Origin: an uncultured Acidimicrobiales bacterium
GTDB lineage: Bacteria > Actinomycetota > Acidimicrobiia > Acidimicrobiales > SHLQ01
Assembly (NCBI GenBank): GCA_964610745.1
Contig: CAZSYL010000001.1
Coordinates: 43,281-107,280, forward strand
Reading direction: 5' to 3'
Length of the DNA stretch: 64,000 bases
The position numbers and the translations under genes are program-made. Under the pieces are notes generated by a model, which was not told the origin of the DNA, made no database searches, and was given only the letters and a program-made list of their open reading frames with translations. This document shows positions 1 through 8,063 of the stretch, piece by piece. The first letter of the stretch is position 1. Each line of letters opens with the position of its first letter.

Positions 1-1306
1 CGAGTGGTCCGTCGATGTAGCGATTGTCGCCACCCTGGCGCAGGAGGTTGTCCTCGACAAGCACATTCTTGCCGTCGGTGTTGACGATGTCGCCGCCACG
101 GTTGCTGTGAAAGTGGTTGCCACGAATGATGATGTCTCGGCTGTCGAACGAGAGGCTCTCGATGTCGATACCGAACTGCGGCGACGTGCCGTTCGTATGG
201 TGAATCTCGTTGTTCTCGATCAACACCTGCTGAGCGCCGACGATCGAAATTCCCTGGCGGCGGTTCGTATCCATCTCGCTGTTACGGATGGTGATGTCAT
301 GCACCTCGCCTTGAGAGTTGTTTCCTACGAGCAAGATGCCATCGCCGTTCGCGTGCCGCAGGTGAACGCCATCGATGAGAACGTTGCTGGCTCCCGATTG
401 GACACAGATGAGGTGGCCCTCGTCATGGGCGGTGGCACCATCGTTACGAGGGGTGTAGATGTGTGAGAAGCGATCGCCGGTGATCGTTCCGCCAATGACT
501 GCAGCGTTCGATGCGTTGCCGATGGTCACCGCGCAGTAGTTCCACTTGTCGTTCGTCGCCATGACGATCTCGGCCCGGTCGTCGAGAACGAGGGCCATGT
601 TGTCATGCAGGTGAATGCCGTCGAAGTAGATGTCGTTTCCGACCTCGCCAATGAGGTAGGTCCCTGCGGGAACCTTGACCGTTCCGTACCCTTCGTCGTG
701 GGCCCAGTCGAGCGCTGCTTGAAAGTTTGCGCGAGTCCCGATCGGCGCGGTGCCGTTGTTCGGAATTCCCCATCGGCCGAGCTGCAGGACGTACTCGGGA
801 CCGGTGATGTTCGGCGTTTCGACATCGGGCCAGCTCGGTGGACCCGATGGTGGGGTGATGGGTGGAGCCGCAGTAACTGGGGCTGCTGTAGTTGGCGCGA
901 CGGTGGTGGGGGCATCGGTCGTCGGAGCCGCGGTCGTAGGTGTAACGGTTTCGGTCGGACTGGTGGATGGTTCCGGTGCCGTGGCTGGAGCGGTGGAAGA
1001 TGGTCCGGCGGCGGCAACATCAGGACCCGCAATTTCGACCGCTGCCGGAGCCTCCAACTCGTCGTCAAACTCGGGATCGACTGACTCAGCATCAGCGACG
1101 GACTCGGTGGCCTCTTCCGCACCGACGACGGTGTCGTCAGAAAACGCGACCGCTTCGGTCGGGTCATCTGCACTGCTTTGTTCCAGCGCAGCGTCTGCTA
1201 GATCTTCAACCGCTCCGCATGCGGTAGCGATGAGGCTGATCAGTAGCAGAAGTATCAATCGGTTTGTCCCACCGGACCGCCGATCAATTTCGACAGATTT
1301 TTTCAC
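1..1306 (-). CDS. Secreted lipoprotein with Thr/Pro/Ala-rich linker and right-handed parallel beta-helix (pectin-lyase-like) domain; 3' end runs off the window
   Basis: Not in ORF track (no stop in window). Manual translation from GTG at 1306: MKKSVEIDRRSGGTNRLILLLLISLIATACG (lipobox), low-complexity linker, then AALDWAHDEGYGTVKVPAGTYLIG...GDGILLVG...NRRQGISIVGAQQVLIENNEIHHTNGTSPQFGIDIE, typical PbH1-type repeats. Confidence 0.8.
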   Translation of the reverse strand, partial: MKKSVEIDRRSGGTNRLILLLLISLIATACGAVEDLADAALEQSSADDPTEAVAFSDDTVVGAEEATESVADAESVDPEFDDELEAPAAVEIAGPDVAAAGPSSTAPATAPEPSTSPTETVTPTTAAPTTDAPTTVAPTTAAPVTAAPPITPPSGPPSWPDVETPNITGPEYVLQLGRWGIPNNGTAPIGTRANFQAALDWAHDEGYGTVKVPAGTYLIGEVGNDIYFDGIHLHDNMALVLDDRAEIVMATNDKWNYCAVTIGNASNAAVIGGTITGDRFSHIYTPRNDGATAHDEGHLICVQSGASNVLIDGVHLRHANGDGILLVGNNSQGEVHDITIRNSEMDTNRRQGISIVGAQQVLIENNEIHHTNGTSPQFGIDIESLSFDSRDIIIRGNHFHSNRGGDIVNTDGKNVLVEDNLLRQGGDNRYIDGPL

Positions 1307-1447
1307 GTTTCCATGGCCTTCCAACTCGCTGGCAACCGTGTATCGGACAGAATGTCCAGTTCTTGAGTGAGGAAGTACAAACGGCCCAGCGCAACCTTTT
1401 TTTGCGCGATCCGAAGTTCTGACGCTCGACGCGCCAACATGTTCTCC

Positions 1448-2008
1448 ATGGAGTCGATGCCTTCTCGCACGGCAGTTTTCCCAGGATCGTTTAACCCCTT
1501 GACCGTCGCCCATCTCGCCATTGCCGAGCAGGCGCGCCGAGACCACTCGCTCGATGCAGTCCACCTCGTCGTCTCCGTCGTCGCGCTCGATAAACCCTCA
1601 CCACCGGGCCCACCCCTGGCTGAACGCCTGGCGATCATCGAACGCGACCTCGAGGCCACGCCGTGGCTAACAGTGCACACCACCACACACCAGCTGATCG
1701 CAGACATTGCGCGCGGCTACGACGCCGTCATCATGGGTGCCGACAAATGGGCTCAAGTCAATGACGTGTCGTACTACCGGTCGGCAGCCGAACGCGATTC
1801 GCTGGTCTCGAACCTCCCGGAGGTCATCGTGGCCGACCGGTCCGGATCCAGCGCGCCTGACCACATGCGCCTTGCGACAAACGAAAGGTTCCACGACGTC
1901 TCGTCGACCAAGGCGCGTTTGGGTGATCGTTCGATGATGGCCCCGCACACGTCACAAGCTTGGTATGACGAGAGCAGCGACGACGCGTCGGGTGACCATG
2001 TCAACTAG
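1448..2008 (+). CDS. Cytidylyltransferase-like nucleotidyltransferase (NadD/CoaD superfamily)
   Basis: AVFPGSFNPLTVAH (HxGH-like motif), IMGADKW, VSST; start 1448 or 1457 likelier than 1367. Confidence 0.75.
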   Translation: MESMPSRTAVFPGSFNPLTVAHLAIAEQARRDHSLDAVHLVVSVVALDKPSPPGPPLAERLAIIERDLEATPWLTVHTTTHQLIADIARGYDAVIMGADKWAQVNDVSYYRSAAERDSLVSNLPEVIVADRSGSSAPDHMRLATNERFHDVSSTKARLGDRSMMAPHTSQAWYDESSDDASGDHVN

Positions 2009-2027
2009 CGATATGTCAACTAGCGAT
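1998..2027 (+). repeat. Perfect 15-bp tandem duplication ATGTCAACTAGCGAT x2
   Basis: Read directly at 1998-2012 and 2013-2027; encodes MSTSD MSTSD and the first copy contains the upstream gene's TAG stop. Confidence 0.95.
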
Positions 2028-4010
2028 GTGCCAGCGACCATCGATCGGGCAACGCATGCAAGGTTCGTACGGGTTGTTGCGTGGATGGCGGCTACCTGGA
2101 TGGTGGTGTTGTTGGCATCGATCTCTCCGATCGAGGCTCAGGAGGGTGATCCGGTCAACGACCAGACGTCGGTGACCCCAGAGGCTCAGTTGCTCGTCGA
2201 CCGATTCGCCCCGATCATTGCGGTGCGTCCGCAGGATTCGCCATGTGACACCGACGGTGAGGAGTTCACTCCCGCGGCGATCGACATCGTGCTCGACAAC
2301 CCGCACATGCTGCTTAGACAGGTCGGCCCGGACAACCCCGTCGTCCTCAACGGCCCGACGGCGCAGGACCTGTTCAACACCGGTGGCGCTTTCTTCGTCG
2401 ACTTCCCCGGTGATGCGTTCGAGCCGGGTTGTCTGTACGAACAGGACTTCGATCGCTACAACGAAGGGCGGGACACAACGGTCTACGCTCACGTCGCAAC
2501 CCAGGCAGATGCCCCCGACCAGCTCGCCGTCCAATACTGGTTCTTCTATTACTACAACCGCTATAACAACCTCCACGAGGGCGACTGGGAGGGCATCCAG
2601 CTGCTGTTCGATGTCGGCACCGTAGAGGAAGCCCTCGAAACAACGCCGGTCAGCGTTGGATACTCGCAACACTTCGGGGGAGAAATCGCGCTGTGGGATG
2701 GGGACAAGCTCGAGCGAGAGGATGATCGGGTTGTCGTCTATCCAGCGACAGGCTCACACGCCAGTTATTTTGAGCCAGCGTTGTTCCTGGGCCGCAGCGG
2801 AAGCCAAGGATTCGGATGCGATGCCACGGTCGAGGCGACCGATCGTCTCGACCCGACCGTCGTACTCCTCCCCGATCGTGTGGACGACCCGTCGAGTCCG
2901 CTCGCATGGCTGATGTTCGAGGGTCTGTGGGGTGAGCAGCGGTTTGGTCCGTTCAGCGGAGCCACCGGACCGATCACCAAGCCACGGTGGGACAACCCGG
3001 TCGACTGGCACGACACGCTGCGAACATCGAGCGTGAGTATCCCCGATGGTGCCGAGACGACCACCCCATTCGTCAACGGATTCTGTGAAGCGGTCGCCTT
3101 TGGTTCCGGTCAATATCTGAACGCCATCCAGAATCCGGCGCTCACGGCGATCGTGGTCGGTTTGATCGGGCTCGTGGTTTGGTTTCTCGCCACCCGCACC
3201 GAATGGAACTTCGTCGATCCTTTCCCAATCGTGAAGCGTCGACGGCTCGGCGAGATCGTCATGTCGGCCGCTCGCCTCTACTACCAACACAAGCGCACGC
3301 TCGCAGCCGTAGGGCTGATGTACATTCCGTTGGTCGCCGTATCGACGATCGTGACCACACTGGTTAGTGAAGTCACCACCGATCTTGGTTTCGGGGGCAC
3401 CATCATCACCGCGGCCGTCAGCGGCATTTTGTCGGTCTTTTTCGTGACGATTGTTGCTGGCGCTGTCATGCAGATTCTGTCCAGCCTCCAAGACGACGAG
3501 TCCGGAAACGATCTCACCGCCCTCGATGGCTACCGCTACGTGGCCGAGAACATCAAGGTCATCTGGGGTGCAGCCATTCGGGCGACCGTGATCATCGTTG
3601 GTCTGGCGCTCAGCATCGTCGGCATCCCGTGGGCCATCCGTCAGTACATTCGCTATCAGGTCGCGGTGGCAACCATCGTGCTCGAAGGCGAGACGGCAAT
3701 CGGCTCGCTCAAGCGCAGCAGCGAACTGATACACGGCCGCCGCCGCTGGTGGCACACCGCGCTCGCCGTGCTGTCGATTCAGGCCCTGCTCGCCCTTACC
3801 GGCGCTGTCAGCGGACTGTTGTTTCTCATCGTGGCGAATGGCTTACCGCTCGGGGTGTACTCGGCGATCACCGCAGCAAGTGGAGCGCTGATCGTTCCGT
3901 ATCTCGTCACAACGACCGCGTACCTCTACGGAAACATCATCGCCGAGACGCAGGAGGACGACGAAGCTCACCCGCTCGACACGTCATCGGACGCGGCCGC
4001 GATCGTCTGA
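1998..4010 (+). CDS. Membrane protein: signal/TM segment, Vps62-like extracytoplasmic domain, multi-TM C-terminal domain
   Basis: QYWFFYYYN...HEGDWEGI and YSQH motifs typical of Vps62-related proteins; several hydrophobic helices after about aa 390. Confidence 0.6.
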   Translation: MSTSDMSTSDVPATIDRATHARFVRVVAWMAATWMVVLLASISPIEAQEGDPVNDQTSVTPEAQLLVDRFAPIIAVRPQDSPCDTDGEEFTPAAIDIVLDNPHMLLRQVGPDNPVVLNGPTAQDLFNTGGAFFVDFPGDAFEPGCLYEQDFDRYNEGRDTTVYAHVATQADAPDQLAVQYWFFYYYNRYNNLHEGDWEGIQLLFDVGTVEEALETTPVSVGYSQHFGGEIALWDGDKLEREDDRVVVYPATGSHASYFEPALFLGRSGSQGFGCDATVEATDRLDPTVVLLPDRVDDPSSPLAWLMFEGLWGEQRFGPFSGATGPITKPRWDNPVDWHDTLRTSSVSIPDGAETTTPFVNGFCEAVAFGSGQYLNAIQNPALTAIVVGLIGLVVWFLATRTEWNFVDPFPIVKRRRLGEIVMSAARLYYQHKRTLAAVGLMYIPLVAVSTIVTTLVSEVTTDLGFGGTIITAAVSGILSVFFVTIVAGAVMQILSSLQDDESGNDLTALDGYRYVAENIKVIWGAAIRATVIIVGLALSIVGIPWAIRQYIRYQVAVATIVLEGETAIGSLKRSSELIHGRRRWWHTALAVLSIQALLALTGAVSGLLFLIVANGLPLGVYSAITAASGALIVPYLVTTTAYLYGNIIAETQEDDEAHPLDTSSDAAAIV

Positions 4011-4027
4011 ACGGGTATGGTCGAGTG

Positions 4028-4567
4028 GTGAACACACCTGCCATCGCGGAACTGCTCGACGAATACTCGACAGCCCTTGCCTATACCCATTCTCTCGTCG
4101 TGGATATGTCAGATGATGAGATCCACTGGCGTCCGGTTCCGAAATCGAGCGCAATTGGCTGGCATCTTGGTCACCAGGCTGCCGTCGCCCACTTCATGGT
4201 GCGCAACCTAACCGCCGCCGAGCCTTCCCCCGACCCCTCACTCGACGGAGTAATGGATGGAGCGACCGAGGAAACCCAACGAGGTGACCTACCCCCGGTC
4301 GAGCGAATCGTGTCGTATCGCGACGCGGTCGCCGAACGCGTGCGCTTTTGGGTAAACCGCATCGACAGCGGCGACGTTGGTGCACCTGAACAGCTTCGTC
4401 GGATTGCTGAAAACATGATGATCGCTATCATCAACCACGAGTACCAGCACAGCCAGTGGATTGGTGAGGTCCGCAACGACCAGTTCAGATACGCCCTCCC
4501 CGACCGGCCAACGTCGGACAACCTCGTCACCGTCGATGGCTACCTCATGGTCGGGGTTCGCCCGTAG
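4028..4567 (+). CDS. DinB/YfiT-like family protein
   Basis: WRP..SSAIGWHLGHQA and NHEYQH His motifs; GTG at 4028 lies 6 nt after TATGGT. Confidence 0.75.
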   Translation: MNTPAIAELLDEYSTALAYTHSLVVDMSDDEIHWRPVPKSSAIGWHLGHQAAVAHFMVRNLTAAEPSPDPSLDGVMDGATEETQRGDLPPVERIVSYRDAVAERVRFWVNRIDSGDVGAPEQLRRIAENMMIAIINHEYQHSQWIGEVRNDQFRYALPDRPTSDNLVTVDGYLMVGVRP

Positions 4568-4587
4568 CGACCAGACCTAGTTCACGG

Positions 4588-6237
4588 TTATCTCAAGCTG
4601 CGTCGCATCAAGCCCGAAACGACATCGACGGCAATGGTGACGGCAAACAACGCGAGAATGGTTGCGAGAACGCCATCGAAGTTGAAAGACGAGGTCTGTT
4701 CGTCGAGCCGGCGACCAAGGCCCGCCGCACCGACGACCCCGACGATGACCGTCTCGCGAATGGCCACTTCCCAACGGTAGAGACTCAAACCAACGAAGCG
4801 ACTAGCGACCGTCGGCATGGTCGAAACGAGTAGCGTGCTGACGCCGGTGGCACCCGAGGCAGCGAGGACCCGCGCTGGCCGGTCATCGCTGTTCTCAATC
4901 ACTTCGGCTTGCAGCCGGCCGAGGATGCCCGCGTTGTAGATGCCCAATGCCACCGCGCCTGGCCACAGCCCCGGGAACAGGACGAATACCACAATGAACG
5001 CCCAGACCGGTGGCGGGACCGCGCGGCTGATCAACATGACGAATCGGGTCAGCAGTGAAACCGCCTTGCGCCCGAGCTGATGGACTGCGTCGGGCGGAGG
5101 CCTCCGTGCAAGCACCGCAAGGGGGGCCGCAGCAACGACTGCCAGCGCTATCGACAGAACCGCCAGCGCAATGGTGTCGAGCGAATCGGTGAACAGCTCG
5201 ACGGCACCGCCAGCTCCGATCTGCGGCGGCCACGAATCCTCCACCAGTTGGACAGCGAGCATCCGAGCACGAGGCGCCCACAGTGTGGTCACGTCGATCT
5301 CCAGGCGCCATATCGAGAAAAGAACGCCGATCGTGCACAACGCCAAGCTGGCTTGCATGAAGCGACTTCGCTGTTCGTTCGTCAGCGACCGCTCGCTGCG
5401 CCTCACCGCAGATGACCAGCGGTCGGCGATACCGCTGAGAATCACCAGCGCCCACAGAATCGTCCACATCTGTTCATAGCGCAGCGACTGAAACGATAGG
5501 GCGAGTTGAAAGCCCAAGCCTCCTGCACCGACAATCCCGAGGACCGCAGCGCTTCTCAGGCTGCACTCAAAGCGATAAAACGCGTACGAGACGAGGTCGC
5601 CAAGAGCACCCGGGACGGTTGCGATCAACAGCGCTGTGAGCCGCCCAGCTCCAGCGGCCCGAAGGGCAACCTCCGCTTCGATGGGGACCTCGTCGAGAGT
5701 CTCGGCGAATACCTTGGCCGTCACGGCCCCGAAGGGGATACCGATCGCCAGAATGGCCACCAACGGGTTGAGCCCAAGAATGTTGACCAAGATCAACCCG
5801 AAGACGACCTCGTGCATCGAACGCGGGATGGCAAATATCAAACGCCCGGCAAACCACCCATACCTTCCGATCCGCATCTTTCCGTGCAGCGGGCTCCACA
5901 GCCGCTCGGTCAGGAGGATTCCGCCGATCGAACCAATGATGAGCGCCACAGCGGTCCCGACGAGAGCGAAACCAACCGTCACCGCAGATTCTCGAATGGT
6001 GAGCCGCACCATGTCCCCGCTGAGGTCGGGACGGAACATCGCACCGAAGAAGGCCTGCACCTGAGACCACCCGCGAGTGTTGACGAGTTCGGTTGGATCG
6101 AGGCCTGCGCTGAGAGCGGACAGCGCGAGGATGATCGCTACGCCAATGCCCCATCCACGGCGGTCTTTACGAACCGGCTTCGGCGGTGGTCCCGGTTGCG
6201 ATGCTGTCGGCCTGACCGGCGACGCGAGTGTGGTCAC
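4588..6237 (-). CDS. phnE: PhnE/PtxC-type ABC permease, two fused permease domains
   Basis: Two copies of the EAA-like loop and YRFECSLRSAAVLGIVGAGGLG / YRWEVAIRETVIVGVVGAAGLG. Confidence 0.85.
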   Translation of the reverse strand: MTTLASPVRPTASQPGPPPKPVRKDRRGWGIGVAIILALSALSAGLDPTELVNTRGWSQVQAFFGAMFRPDLSGDMVRLTIRESAVTVGFALVGTAVALIIGSIGGILLTERLWSPLHGKMRIGRYGWFAGRLIFAIPRSMHEVVFGLILVNILGLNPLVAILAIGIPFGAVTAKVFAETLDEVPIEAEVALRAAGAGRLTALLIATVPGALGDLVSYAFYRFECSLRSAAVLGIVGAGGLGFQLALSFQSLRYEQMWTILWALVILSGIADRWSSAVRRSERSLTNEQRSRFMQASLALCTIGVLFSIWRLEIDVTTLWAPRARMLAVQLVEDSWPPQIGAGGAVELFTDSLDTIALAVLSIALAVVAAAPLAVLARRPPPDAVHQLGRKAVSLLTRFVMLISRAVPPPVWAFIVVFVLFPGLWPGAVALGIYNAGILGRLQAEVIENSDDRPARVLAASGATGVSTLLVSTMPTVASRFVGLSLYRWEVAIRETVIVGVVGAAGLGRRLDEQTSSFNFDGVLATILALFAVTIAVDVVSGLMRRSLR

Positions 6238-6995
6238 GTTGGATCGTCGAGTTCGTAGAGCGCGGTCAAAAGCCCTTGCGTTACCTGAGACGCCTCAAGG
6301 TCGAACTCGACTCGCCCGTTTCGAAGAGCGATGACACGGTCGAAGTGTTCGACTGCGAGTTGAGCATCGTGCACGCTCACGATCACGGCGCGACCACTTC
6401 CCTGTTCGACAGTCTTCGTGAGCGACGTCATTACCGAGTCCGACCATGCAGGATCGAGCGCACCAACGGGTTCATCGGCGAGGAGTAGATCGGGCGACTG
6501 GAACAAGGTGCGGGCAATCGCCGTCCGCTGCTGCTGTCCACCGGAGAGCCTGTCCGTCCGATCCCAGATCTTGTCGTCGATCCCAAGTTCCGCCAGTACG
6601 TCCGATATCTCTGCGACAGGTCCGGGCCGGAACACGACCTTCGCTGCGTGCAGCGCGGACGTCTGTCCCAGGCGGCCCGCCGCCACGTTGCTCGCCACCC
6701 GCAACGGCCCGACCAGCGAATAGTCCTGAGTTACAAAGCCAATGCGTGAACGAACGTCGCGCATTGACCGCCGGGCGAGTTCACTCGTTGTGACTCCTAG
6801 GACTCGAATTGAACCCGATGTTGGATTGGTGAGCCCGGCAGTGAGGCGAAGCAGTGTTGTTTTGCCCGCTCCTGATGGGCCGATAAGAGCAACCCGTTCT
6901 CCCGCTCCGATCGTCAGCGTGAGATCGTCGACGGCGACGGTGTCGCCGTAGCGGACCGTCACTCCATCAAGCGAGAGAACCGGATCAGTCGTCAA
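6234..6995 (-). CDS. phnC: PhnC-type ABC ATP-binding protein
   Basis: GPSGAGKT, LSGGQQQR, LLADEP; TTG start at 6995 overlaps the end of the binding-protein gene. Confidence 0.85.
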   Translation of the reverse strand: MTTDPVLSLDGVTVRYGDTVAVDDLTLTIGAGERVALIGPSGAGKTTLLRLTAGLTNPTSGSIRVLGVTTSELARRSMRDVRSRIGFVTQDYSLVGPLRVASNVAAGRLGQTSALHAAKVVFRPGPVAEISDVLAELGIDDKIWDRTDRLSGGQQQRTAIARTLFQSPDLLLADEPVGALDPAWSDSVMTSLTKTVEQGSGRAVIVSVHDAQLAVEHFDRVIALRNGRVEFDLEASQVTQGLLTALYELDDPT

Positions 6996-7938
6996 TCTGA
7001 CCAATATCGCGACCGACAGCCTCGATGCTCGAATAGTTCCCGTTCTCGGTCTCAATAAACGTGTCAGCACCGAAGAACTCAAGAAGAGTCAACTCCTCAG
7101 GCACGTCAGGATCGAGATTCATCAATGCACTGACGATGCTCGCCCGAAGATCGGAATCGACCTCGGGGCGCGCCACCCAGTGGTAGTCGAAGTACGCGGG
7201 CGTTTCGAAGATGACCTGCACCTGATCAAGATCCACCTCACCAGCTTCGACTCGGGCCTCCCACACTTGGGAGTTGAGCGCGCCAACCTCAAAGGTTCCG
7301 GCTTCGACCAACGCGATGGTTGCATCGTGCGAACCGCTGAATCCGGGCTCTCCGTCAAAGTCTTCAAGGCCGACGTCGGCTTGGTTCAGGAACGACTGTG
7401 GCATCAGTCGCCCCGAGGTGCTCGAGTCCGAACCAAATGTGAACGTATGACCTGCCACGGCACTGAGTCCGGCAACATCGTCGAACGGCTCAATCCCCGA
7501 ATCGGTCGTTGCGATGAATACCGAGGTGAACTCCTGATCGATATCGCGCTGGGCGATCGCTTCAGCCCCGTCGACTCGAAGACGTGCTTGTACGCCGGTG
7601 AGGCCGCCGAACCAGACAACGTCGAGGTCACCGACACCGAAGCCGGTCACCGCGGCTTCGTACTCGGTCACGGGTTCATAGACGACCTCGATACCGATCT
7701 CTTCGGCCAGGTAGTCCGATAGGAGCTCGTAGTTTCGTGCCAAGACCTCTGGGTCCTGGTCAGGGATTGCCCCAACAACGAGGGGTCCCTCGAAGGCAAC
7801 ATCTGTCGCTGCCTCGGCTTCGGCACCTGAATCTCCATCAGCACTCGCCGTGCTATCTGACGATGCGCAAGCCGAGATGAGCAGAGCAAATAGGGCAGCG
7901 AGCGCAACTAGGTGTCGTGAACGACGCATTCCGGGCAT
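6985..7938 (-). CDS. phnD: PhnD-family substrate-binding lipoprotein (resembles the clade annotated as putative selenate-binding)
   Basis: Lipobox LLISAC; GAIPDQDPE, FTFGSDSSTSGRLMP, FSGSHDAT, YFDYHW motifs. Confidence 0.8.
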   Translation of the reverse strand: MPGMRRSRHLVALAALFALLISACASSDSTASADGDSGAEAEAATDVAFEGPLVVGAIPDQDPEVLARNYELLSDYLAEEIGIEVVYEPVTEYEAAVTGFGVGDLDVVWFGGLTGVQARLRVDGAEAIAQRDIDQEFTSVFIATTDSGIEPFDDVAGLSAVAGHTFTFGSDSSTSGRLMPQSFLNQADVGLEDFDGEPGFSGSHDATIALVEAGTFEVGALNSQVWEARVEAGEVDLDQVQVIFETPAYFDYHWVARPEVDSDLRASIVSALMNLDPDVPEELTLLEFFGADTFIETENGNYSSIEAVGRDIGQIDD

Positions 7939-8063
7939 CTGTGGTCCTCGAATTCGTTGGGGGTGGTGTTAAGGAACGAAGAACACTATAGGTATGTACC
8001 GCCTAGAAACTCGTTCGGAACCGACTGTCGAGAGAGCAAATTTACCGTCGTCTCACCTTGGGT

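Noticed and set aside
107-1370. Track ORFs 107-466, 526-1173, 605-1084, 750-1370
   Set aside because: Antisense or off-frame shadows of the minus-strand beta-helix lipoprotein
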